A stretch of 64,000 nucleotides of DNA. It comes from Candidatus Latescibacterota bacterium (GTDB lineage Bacteria > Latescibacterota > UBA2968). The notes below the pieces were generated by a model, which was not told where the DNA came from, made no database searches, and saw nothing but the letters and a program-made list of their open reading frames with translations. Location of the stretch: NCBI GenBank assembly GCA_965204375.1, contig OZ241986.1:3264001-3328000 (forward strand), written 5' to 3'. This document shows, in pieces, positions 29,007 through 37,685 of this stretch. The translations under genes were made by a program, and so were the position numbers. How positions within the stretch are numbered: position 1 is the stretch's first letter; the number at the start of each line of letters is the position of its first letter.

Positions 29007-32000
29007 TCAATCATCGTCAGCAGTATCATAAGCCTCATCCCTCGCGCGAGAGGCAAACACACTCGCGCTCAAACGCCGAATAGCCAGACGCAAATCGTCG
29101 AGCAAGGTATAAAACAAAGGCACGACCAGCAACGTCAGGAATGTCGAGGCCAACAACCCGCCCATCATCGTGCGCCCCAAAGGCGCATAAGACGTACCCA
29201 TTGCATTGCTATCGCCCACTGCCATGGGCAGCAAGCCAAAGACCGTTGTAAACGTCGTCATCAAAATGGGGCGAAAGCGATTGTGACCCGCTTCCATAAT
29301 CGCATCAAAGCGATTCATGCCATCGGCACGCAAGCGATTGACCATATCCACCAGCACAATCGCGTTATTCACCACCACACCAATCAACACAATTATCCCC
29401 ACAGACGCCATCCTATCCATGGCCGTATCTGTCAAATACAGCGTCCAGTAAACACCGAAAAAAGAAAATGGAATTGAAAAAAGCACTGAAAACGGCAAAA
29501 TAAACGACTCGAACAAAACACCCATCAACAAAAACACACTCGTCACCGCCATCACAATTCCCAGTCGCTCAGAGGCTTCGTCCTCTTTAAGTTGCCTGAA
29601 ACTCTCTCCTTTGTCCCACGAATACCCGCGGGGCAACTCGAGACCATCCATCACCTTGTCAATCTCCTCAGCCAGACCCCTGATATCTGCCCGCGTCGTA
29701 TAAGCCCTGATACGCAACTTGACCTTGCCATCGTATCGCGCAATGCGCCCCATCCCCCGCGAGACCTGGAAGAAGGCGACTTCGCTCAAAGCCACTTCTG
29801 TACCATCGTCGGTCTCAAACGGAAAATTGCGCAACTGATTCAAATTTTGTCGGTCTGTCCTATCCAGAAAAAGCCGCACCCGCACCTCGCCGTCATCGGA
29901 CTTAAAACGAGGCAACGACACCCCTTGCAGGCCATAAGAGATATAGCGCGCAACATCCCGTACAGAAATCCCAAGTCGTTTCGCCCGCTCCCGATCAATC
30001 ACGACCCGCACCTCGTCATCAGCCAGTTCCAAATCTGTATCAACACCGACGAGAGAAGGGATCTGCCGCAAACGCCGCTCCACCTCATCGACGAGACTGA
30101 CCAGAACCTCGGTATCATCGCCTTCCAGATAAATCGACACGCCCGGATCACTACCACCACCCTCATTTCTAGCCCCTTCCACGGAATGCCGCACCCCCAC
30201 ATATCTGGGCATGTTTTTGCTAATATCTTCCGCGACCTCAGCCCGTTCCATTGGCCCAGCAACGGGTATCCCCAGAGCATTGCGCGTATTTTTGTACGCC
30301 ACATACCACCACGGATCATCGCTCTTGGCCGGCATATACAAGCTCAGATTACCGTAGCCAGGTCGGTAGTAAACACGCAGAGTTTCATAGCCGTATTTTT
30401 CGCGCCGCGCCTCCAGAAATTCCTCAACCTCCCCCACAATCGCTTCGGTTTCTTCCGGCGAAAAGTGACGCGGCAACTTCAACCGCACATCCAAATCGTT
30501 AAATGCGCCACCGCGGTGGCGGTCTGCGCGCTTCAGATTATCCATGGGATACATCGTCGTTGCCGCAAGTGCCAGCGCGATCAACACTGCGTCCCGACGG
30601 TGTCGCAATGTCCAACTCAACATGCGCGCATAAATTCCTCGCGCCTTCACAATAATTTTGGAATTGGGACGCACCCGTCCCTTGCCCAAGCGCACAGATG
30701 CCAGAGGAATAAACAACAGCGCCACAAATAGCGACCCCACCAGAGCCACTCCAACCGGAACGCCCAGACGCGTCATGTAAAAAGTCATAAACATATCACC
30801 GCTAAACAACATCATAGGCAAAAACACCACCACCGTCGTAAACGTCGCCATAGTAATGGCCTGCCCCACCTCACTCGCGCCAAAGATAGCGGCATCTTCG
30901 GGTGCCTCGCCATTGCCTCGCCGGCGATAAATATTCTCCAAAATCACAATGGCATTATCCACAACCAGCCCAATCCCAACCATAAGTCCCATCATAGTCA
31001 CCACATTGAGCGACCAGCCGACAAAATACAACGCGGTCATCGCAATCATCACACACAGCGGAATAGCCAATGTGATAATGGCCGTCATCCGCACGGTACG
31101 CAAAAAGAACAACAACACCAGCGCGGCAAACAGCCCGCCCCAAAGCCCGGTTTCCCGAAGATTGCGAATCGATTCCTTAATAAAAAACCCCTGATTGAAC
31201 ATCACCTGAAACGACACCTGCCCGGCCATGCGCGGATCTTCTTCGATAGCTTTCAATTTTGCCACAACCCGATCGGTCACATCCGCGACATTTGCACCCG
31301 ATTCCTGTTTGATACCAAAACTCATACCTCTTTTGCCATCAATGCGCTGCGTCCACGACTTTTCGGGCACCTCGAAAACCACCGAAGCCACATCGCCAAG
31401 GCGCACCTTGCCAGCCCGCGATCGAATCTGGATATCTTCAATTTCCCGCAACGTGACATACTGCGCCAGCGACCGCACGTAAAATTTCTTTGTGCCTTCG
31501 CGCACATAGCCCCCGGCAAGCGCAAAATTGTCGCTCCTCAAGGTCGAAACAATCTCGCCAATGCGCACACCGCGCGCCCTCATGCGCTCCTGATCTACCT
31601 CCACCATCACTTCCTTGCGATCCGCGCCAAAAATATCCACGCGCCCAACCCCATCCACGCGCTCCAGAGGATATTGCACAAAGGTCTCGATAAACTGAAA
31701 GGGTTCCGTAATAGCCGAGTCAATCGACACAGCCACATACATAACAGACCGCGAATCCTGATCGTATTTGTGAATACGCACCTCGTCTCGCGCCTCTTCC
31801 GGCAACAGGGGCTTGAGGCGCTCGAGCCGATCTGAAACCTGATTGTACGCGGCCACCATATCCGTATATTGGCGAAATTCCATATGCACACGTGCACCCC
31901 GAGAGCTGTAGCTACGCATGGTCTTAATACCCTTTACAGTGCGCAGCGTCTCTTCCAGCGGCAGGGTGATCTCTTGTTCGGTCTCCTGCGGAGAGGCATT

Positions 32001-32174
32001 GCGATACCCAACGGACACAGCCAAAAAGGGCGGCGTCAAACCATCGGGCATCATCTCGACGGGCATGCGCACATACGCCACCGCCCCCAGTACCAACAGC
32101 GCGACAAGGCACATGGTAACGGACACGGGTCGCAACACCGAAATACGCGGTAAAAGAGAAGATTTGGAATTCAT
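29007..32174 (-). CDS. AcrB/AcrD/AcrF-family RND transporter permease (no adjacent MFP/OMF)
   Basis: RPVSV, GLVVDNAIVILENI, GVVVNNAIVLVD and RFRPILMT. Confidence 0.94.
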   Translation of the reverse strand: MNSKSSLLPRISVLRPVSVTMCLVALLVLGAVAYVRMPVEMMPDGLTPPFLAVSVGYRNASPQETEQEITLPLEETLRTVKGIKTMRSYSSRGARVHMEFRQYTDMVAAYNQVSDRLERLKPLLPEEARDEVRIHKYDQDSRSVMYVAVSIDSAITEPFQFIETFVQYPLERVDGVGRVDIFGADRKEVMVEVDQERMRARGVRIGEIVSTLRSDNFALAGGYVREGTKKFYVRSLAQYVTLREIEDIQIRSRAGKVRLGDVASVVFEVPEKSWTQRIDGKRGMSFGIKQESGANVADVTDRVVAKLKAIEEDPRMAGQVSFQVMFNQGFFIKESIRNLRETGLWGGLFAALVLLFFLRTVRMTAIITLAIPLCVMIAMTALYFVGWSLNVVTMMGLMVGIGLVVDNAIVILENIYRRRGNGEAPEDAAIFGASEVGQAITMATFTTVVVFLPMMLFSGDMFMTFYMTRLGVPVGVALVGSLFVALLFIPLASVRLGKGRVRPNSKIIVKARGIYARMLSWTLRHRRDAVLIALALAATTMYPMDNLKRADRHRGGAFNDLDVRLKLPRHFSPEETEAIVGEVEEFLEARREKYGYETLRVYYRPGYGNLSLYMPAKSDDPWWYVAYKNTRNALGIPVAGPMERAEVAEDISKNMPRYVGVRHSVEGARNEGGGSDPGVSIYLEGDDTEVLVSLVDEVERRLRQIPSLVGVDTDLELADDEVRVVIDRERAKRLGISVRDVARYISYGLQGVSLPRFKSDDGEVRVRLFLDRTDRQNLNQLRNFPFETDDGTEVALSEVAFFQVSRGMGRIARYDGKVKLRIRAYTTRADIRGLAEEIDKVMDGLELPRGYSWDKGESFRQLKEDEASERLGIVMAVTSVFLLMGVLFESFILPFSVLFSIPFSFFGVYWTLYLTDTAMDRMASVGIIVLIGVVVNNAIVLVDMVNRLRADGMNRFDAIMEAGHNRFRPILMTTFTTVFGLLPMAVGDSNAMGTSYAPLGRTMMGGLLASTFLTLLVVPLFYTLLDDLRLAIRRLSASVFASRARDEAYDTADDD

Positions 32175-32413
32175 GGTAAATTCAGTAGTTAGTTAGCGTC
32201 ACCAGAGTATTGCTCTTAATTATCGAAGATTTACACAAATTTGGCAAACAAAGTTTGCGATGCTCTATCAGTCAAAATTAAAACTCTCGCTGCTAATTTA
32301 AGTTGCATTCTAATATAAGGTACATAAATTATAAGAGATCTAAAAACCTATCGAGAAGACCATCTCCCCGACGAAAAATCGCCCAAAACTCCTCATTAAC
32401 ACAGGAGCAGGCC

Positions 32414-33436
32414 ATGACTGACCAGATTGCAGAACTTCGCGTATCCAACGATGCGATCGACGATTCGGAAGAGTTGCGGCGGCGCATTCGTGAAGAAGGC
32501 TACCTCTTCTTCCGCAAATTGCAGAACCCGGACAAACTCTGGGAGTTGCGGCGGCAAATGCTCAACAAAATGACACCCTGGCTCATCGAGGGAACCGATC
32601 CCATAGATGGCATTGCCGATATTTCCAGGCAATGTACCGAAGGCGACCCCGAATACACCGACGTATATCACGAAGTGTACAAACTCCAGGCCTTTCACCG
32701 CATTGCCCATGAACCAGAAGTACTCGACCTGCTCGAAAAAGTGATGGATGGCCCTGTTTTTCCGCACCCGCACAAAGTCGCTCGCCTGTGGTTTCCCAAA
32801 TACACGGCGCACACCACACCGATACACCAGGACTTTGTACACTTTCAGGGCAACTTCGACACCTACACCTGCTGGGCGCCTGTTGGCGACTGCCCTATTG
32901 AACTGGGTGGCCTCGCCGTATTGCCCGGCTCTCACAAAATCAATGCCGTCATGGAACACCACTTCTCTCTCGGCGCGGGCAGCCTGTGCATCCACACCGA
33001 CGAATTGGAAGGCCAATGGCACAGCACGGACTACGAAATCGGCGACACCCTCATCTTTCCCGCACTCACAGTACATCAAGCCCTGCCAAACCTCACCGAA
33101 GACCGCCTTCGCGTCTCCCTCGACAACCGCTATCAAAAACTCGGCGACACCCTGTCTGAGCACATGCTCGAACCTCACCTGAACATCTTCAACAATCTCA
33201 CCTGGGATGACGTGTACAAAGACTGGGAAACCGACGACCTCAAATACTACTGGGAAAACCAGCACAACCGCGTCATACCCCGCGACCTCAGCTATTCGGA
33301 AAAAGGGTTTGCAGAAGCCCTCGAACTGGCTAAAGCGGGAGATAAACGCGCACATCTTGCTATGAATCGCGCCATACGACGCGATCCAAACTCACCTCAG
33401 GCCAAAGCTGCCAGAAAAGCTCTGGCACTTGCGTGA
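32414..33436 (+). CDS. PhyH-family 2OG-Fe(II) dioxygenase
   Basis: AGGAG SD before ATG 32414. EEGYLFFR, TPIHQD, GGLAVLPGSH, TVH and RVSLDNRY. Confidence 0.9.
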   Translation: MTDQIAELRVSNDAIDDSEELRRRIREEGYLFFRKLQNPDKLWELRRQMLNKMTPWLIEGTDPIDGIADISRQCTEGDPEYTDVYHEVYKLQAFHRIAHEPEVLDLLEKVMDGPVFPHPHKVARLWFPKYTAHTTPIHQDFVHFQGNFDTYTCWAPVGDCPIELGGLAVLPGSHKINAVMEHHFSLGAGSLCIHTDELEGQWHSTDYEIGDTLIFPALTVHQALPNLTEDRLRVSLDNRYQKLGDTLSEHMLEPHLNIFNNLTWDDVYKDWETDDLKYYWENQHNRVIPRDLSYSEKGFAEALELAKAGDKRAHLAMNRAIRRDPNSPQAKAARKALALA

Positions 33437-33544
33437 TCGACATCATTTTCATACAACGCTTTTTCTCCAAGGAGGTTTCTATTTTTAGGCATGGCTTTTA
33501 TCAAGACAGATGTTAACACAACTCTTTCCCCAAGGGAGGATTCT

Positions 33545-35152
33545 ATGTTGAGACACATTCGCAGTATTGTTATCATAACTCTCGCCGCAGGACTGATGTG
33601 GAACTGTGGCGGCGAGCGCGTCACGCAGTCAGAAACCGGAACAGATGAACAAGTTGGACGTCCCCTGAGCAAATTGGTCGCGCACGGAGATGTCGTACAG
33701 GCTCAGGTAAGGGTCACTCTGCATCGCGATGGCACACCTGTAAGTGGCGCAACTGTAGAATTTTCGCGCTCCATTGCAGGACACGCCCCTGACTATCATT
33801 GGTCGGGCACAACCGATGACCATGGTCATGCGTGGGTAGAAATCAAATCGGGCAATGGGTATTACCAGGCGCGTGCCTTGCAGGACGGGGTCGAGATCGG
33901 TTCATGGTCCAGCATACCAATCAACGCGGGCTACGAAGTCATGCTCGATTTGCCCATTGGTAGAAAAGCACATGTAACCGGTTCATCCATGCGTTCCCTG
34001 GTCGAGATTGACGAAGGCGAAGCCGTGCAAATTCGTTCGTTGCTCACACATACCATCGCGGCATCGCTTGGCGGGCCATCGCGGCACGCTATTGAGTTGG
34101 CCGTGCAAGACTTCGGCATGATCCACGGCCATGAGGTCGAACTCGGCGAACCAATAGATACCGGGTGTGGACCAGAGGGCGGGCACCACGGCGCAGAACA
34201 TATTATAGAGAACCCACAGGTGCTCGGCGTCATCGGCACATCCTGCTCCGGCGCGGCAGTGGCGGCCTCACCGGTGATCAGCGCGGCGGGTCTCGTGATG
34301 ATCTCGCCATCCAATACCTCGCCAGCACTCACCTCCGACCTCGCCGGCAACGCGAGTCCCAACTATCACCCCGGCTATTTCCGCGTTTCGGTCAACGATC
34401 TCTATCAGGCGCAGGCAGTTGCCGACTTCGCATATAACGAACTGGGCCTGAGACGCATGGCGGCCATCGACGATGGCGATCCGTACACCATGGGCCTTAC
34501 CATCGCGTTTGGCAATGCATTTGGCGCTATCGGAGGCGAAGTCGCGGCTACCGCCACAATCGCAAAAGGGCAGACGGATATGGCATCCGTCCTCACGGAA
34601 TTTGCAGCAGCCACACCAGACGGCATCTTCTTCCCCCTCTTCGACGAGGAAGGCATACCTTTCGCCGAGCAGGTGCGGGAACACGACAGCCTGAAAGACG
34701 CGACACTCATCGCGGGTGCGGCTCTCCTCGACTCGAAGTTCCTCGCTATACCGCAGTCAGAAGGTGCTTACGCGGCAGGACCAGAGACAGACCTCGGCAC
34801 AAATGTCAATGCTACAACTGGCAAGAGCGTAGATGAAGTGCTCGCCGCATACTCAGCCGCGTATGGCGGGTTTCCAATCACGCCTTACTGGGCGCACTCT
34901 TACGACGCCACAACGCTGCTGCTCAACGCCATCGAGATTGTTGCAGGTGAAGATGACGGAAAATTGTATGTAGATCGCGCCGCGCTGCGCCGGGAACTCC
35001 ATCATACATCCGGCTTTCAGGGTCTCCTCGGCACACTCAACTGCGACGAATTCGGAGACTGCGGCACCGGGCGCATAAACATCTACCACCACACAGATTT
35101 GAACATCACAGACCCCGCGCAATTGCCTGTGGTCTATCGGTTCTCGCCGTAA
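33545..35152 (+). CDS. lipoprotein: shared N-terminal beta-sandwich module fused to a LivK-type branched-chain amino acid binding domain
   Basis: GGAGG SD, LMWNC lipobox, then VIGTSCSG, ISPSNT, YFRV and SYDAT. Confidence 0.88.
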   Translation: MLRHIRSIVIITLAAGLMWNCGGERVTQSETGTDEQVGRPLSKLVAHGDVVQAQVRVTLHRDGTPVSGATVEFSRSIAGHAPDYHWSGTTDDHGHAWVEIKSGNGYYQARALQDGVEIGSWSSIPINAGYEVMLDLPIGRKAHVTGSSMRSLVEIDEGEAVQIRSLLTHTIAASLGGPSRHAIELAVQDFGMIHGHEVELGEPIDTGCGPEGGHHGAEHIIENPQVLGVIGTSCSGAAVAASPVISAAGLVMISPSNTSPALTSDLAGNASPNYHPGYFRVSVNDLYQAQAVADFAYNELGLRRMAAIDDGDPYTMGLTIAFGNAFGAIGGEVAATATIAKGQTDMASVLTEFAAATPDGIFFPLFDEEGIPFAEQVREHDSLKDATLIAGAALLDSKFLAIPQSEGAYAAGPETDLGTNVNATTGKSVDEVLAAYSAAYGGFPITPYWAHSYDATTLLLNAIEIVAGEDDGKLYVDRAALRRELHHTSGFQGLLGTLNCDEFGDCGTGRINIYHHTDLNITDPAQLPVVYRFSP

Positions 35153-35180
35153 AACCTTAAAATAGCAAGGTCCGCCAGGT

Positions 35181-35215
35181 CACCGATACATTACCGGCTC
35201 AGCAATGTATCGGTG
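35181..35215. other. intergenic 12-bp perfect hairpin
   Basis: caccgatacatt / aatgtatcggtg between the two lipoprotein genes. Confidence 0.65.
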
Positions 35216-35248
35216 GCTTTGGGGCTGGACTACGAGGAGGGAATCATC

Positions 35249-36184
35249 TTGAAGCATATAACAGCAGTAACCCTCTGGGGATTGGTCTGCGTCTTTGCCG
35301 CAGGGCTGATGTGGAACTGCGGCGGAGAGCGCGTGACGCAGTCAAAAGTCGGAACAGAGGAACAGATTGGACATCCCCTGAGCAAATTGGCAGCAGCCCA
35401 TCACAAAGCGCAGGCTGTGGTCATGGTCAATTTGCATCGTGATGGCACACCAGTAAGTGGTGCAACCGTAGAATTTTCGCGCTCTATTGCCGGACAGGCA
35501 CCAGCCTATGAGTGGTCAGGCACAACAGATGAAAAAGGTCAGACACTGGTGGAAATCGCATCGGGCAATGGTTATTACCAGGCGCGTGCCTCGCAGGACG
35601 GGGTCGAGATCGGCTCCTGGTCCAGCATACCAATTAACGCTGGCTATAAGGTCATACTCAATTTGCCCATTGGTGGAAAAGCACAGGTGAAGGGCTCATA
35701 CTCTCTGGAGCCAACAAAGCAGATCACGGCCAGGGATGTAGTAGATAAGAAAACCCTGAAAGCATTTGTAGAAGCCGCAAAAGAATATGCTAAAAACTTC
35801 CCCTTTTCCGAGGACATCGAAGCAGAATTCAGACAAGAGGGAGGCCGGTGGAAACACGAATCCATCTATCTCGCAGTTTTAAACAGCGATGGCGTCATAG
35901 TGTATCACGCAGCCAATTCGGCTCTCGAAGGGCAAAACCTGATCGACTTTGAAGATCCCAATGGCGTCAAATACGTCCAGGAACTCATCGCCGCAGCCGC
36001 TGCAGGTGGTGGTTTTGTCGCGTATTACTTCGATAATCCAGCAGTAGATGAGAATGGGGATGGCGAATTAGTAGGTGATCCTATTGGCTCACCTAAAATA
36101 AGTTATGCCATCCCAATCACTGACTCACAAACCGGCATGCAATTAACCCTGGTCTCTGGCTTTTATCCGCAGGTGAAAGAATGA
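35249..36184 (+). CDS. lipoprotein: same N-terminal module fused to a single Cache domain
   Basis: GAGGAGG SD before TTG 35249, LMWNC lipobox, then TLKAFVEAA, IYLAVL, DPNGVKYVQELI, GGFVAYYF and PKISY. Confidence 0.85.
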   Translation: MKHITAVTLWGLVCVFAAGLMWNCGGERVTQSKVGTEEQIGHPLSKLAAAHHKAQAVVMVNLHRDGTPVSGATVEFSRSIAGQAPAYEWSGTTDEKGQTLVEIASGNGYYQARASQDGVEIGSWSSIPINAGYKVILNLPIGGKAQVKGSYSLEPTKQITARDVVDKKTLKAFVEAAKEYAKNFPFSEDIEAEFRQEGGRWKHESIYLAVLNSDGVIVYHAANSALEGQNLIDFEDPNGVKYVQELIAAAAAGGGFVAYYFDNPAVDENGDGELVGDPIGSPKISYAIPITDSQTGMQLTLVSGFYPQVKE

Positions 36185-37638
36185 GAAGGGGTATGGGAAG
36201 AAAACGAAAACTTTCAGACAGGACGGATAACAGCCTCCAGATGGCTCCCGAACTCATGCTTGAACTCGCGCGCAAAGCCGCGGAGCTTTTGGTAGCGCGA
36301 ACCGAGACCTTGCCCGGGGAAAATGCCTGGGATGGAGAGTTCCGGCATGGACTGGAGAAACAACTCCTGAACGATCCGCCCGAAGCTGGACGGCCCCCAG
36401 TGGAAGTCATTGAGCAGGCCGCACGCGAGATTCTCCCAATTGCGATGCGACTGGACCACCCGCGTTGCTTCGCGTTTATCCCATCGTCACCCACATGGCC
36501 CGGTGTGCTGGCCGATTTCATGGCCGCCGGATACAACGTCAACGCATGCACCTGGTTGGTCGGGAGCGGTCCGAGTCAACTCGAATTGGTCGTCATTGAT
36601 TGGTTGCGACAGTGGGTCGGCTACCCGGAAAGCGCGGGTGGGCTTTTGACGAGCGGAGGCTCCGCAGCCAGCCTCAATGCCCTCGTCGCAGCGCGAGAAG
36701 CAGCGGGCCATCCCGAACGCGCCACAGTGTATATGAGCGACCAGAGCCATAGCGCGCACATACGAGCAGCCAGGATCATCGGCGTCAGACCAGAGTGCAT
36801 ACGCCTGATACCGAGCGACGACCTCTTCCGCCTGGACATGGAAGCACTCGCACAGGCTGTAGCCGATGACCGCACAACGGGATTTAATCCCATTGCAGTA
36901 TGCGCCAACGCCGGAACGAGCAGTACCGGGACAATTGATCCGATCGAAGCCATGGCAGACTACTGTGAATCAGAAGGTATATGGCTACACATTGACGCTG
37001 CTTACGGCGGCTTCGCTGTCGTGACCGAGCAAGGCAAGGAACTCCTGCGCGGAATCGAACAGGCAGATTCCATCGGGCTGGATGCGCACAAATGGTTCTT
37101 CCAGCCTTATGAGGCCGGCTGTCTGCTGGTCAAAAACCTGAGTACACTTGAAAACGCCTTCGGCGTTCACCACGATATTCTCCAGGACACAATATGGGGT
37201 GCGAATCACCCAAACTTCTCGGATCGCGGCCTGCAACTGAGCCGATCAGCACGCGCATTAAAAATCTGGATGTCCGTCCAGACCTTTGGAATGGACGCAT
37301 TTCGGCAGGCTGTAGCAAAAGGAATGGAACTGGCCGCCCGCGCCGAGGCATTCGTCCGTGAAAGCCAAACCCTGGAAATGTTGAACCCCGCATCGCTGGG
37401 GATTGTATGCTTCCGCATCAACCCCGCTGACACAGCTATTGAAGAGGAAGAACTCACAGAAATCAACAAGACAATACTCGCTCGCATCTTTTGGGAAGAC
37501 AAAGCCTTTATATCCTCGACGCTTCTGCATGGAAAGTTTTCACTCCGGCTGTGCATCGCCAACCACACCACGAACTGGGACGATGTGCGCGAGACCCTTG
37601 AGGCTACCGAGAGATTCGGTCGAGAGGCGTTAGCCTAA
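36181..37638 (+). CDS. group II PLP-dependent (aromatic) amino acid decarboxylase
   Basis: HPRCFAFI, TSGGS, SDQSHS, AGTSSTG, WLHIDAAYGG and DAHKW. ATGA overlap with the upstream gene; the start could be later. Confidence 0.92.
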   Translation: MRRGMGRKRKLSDRTDNSLQMAPELMLELARKAAELLVARTETLPGENAWDGEFRHGLEKQLLNDPPEAGRPPVEVIEQAAREILPIAMRLDHPRCFAFIPSSPTWPGVLADFMAAGYNVNACTWLVGSGPSQLELVVIDWLRQWVGYPESAGGLLTSGGSAASLNALVAAREAAGHPERATVYMSDQSHSAHIRAARIIGVRPECIRLIPSDDLFRLDMEALAQAVADDRTTGFNPIAVCANAGTSSTGTIDPIEAMADYCESEGIWLHIDAAYGGFAVVTEQGKELLRGIEQADSIGLDAHKWFFQPYEAGCLLVKNLSTLENAFGVHHDILQDTIWGANHPNFSDRGLQLSRSARALKIWMSVQTFGMDAFRQAVAKGMELAARAEAFVRESQTLEMLNPASLGIVCFRINPADTAIEEEELTEINKTILARIFWEDKAFISSTLLHGKFSLRLCIANHTTNWDDVRETLEATERFGREALA

Positions 37639-37639
37639 T

Positions 37640-37673
37640 AAAAAAAGCCGCGAGCATAACTCGCGGCTTTTTT
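37640..37673. terminator. bidirectional intrinsic terminator
   Basis: aaaaaa-gccgcgag-cataa-ctcgcggc-tttttt between convergent genes. Confidence 0.92.
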
Positions 37674-37685
37674 AAATCCCCTGAC

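Noticed and set aside
35153-35230. taaaatagcaagg resembling a tracrRNA, or an attC-like long hairpin
   Set aside because: Only a short chance match; no cas genes or array, and no RYYYAAC/GTTRRRY boxes. Kept as a plain hairpin.
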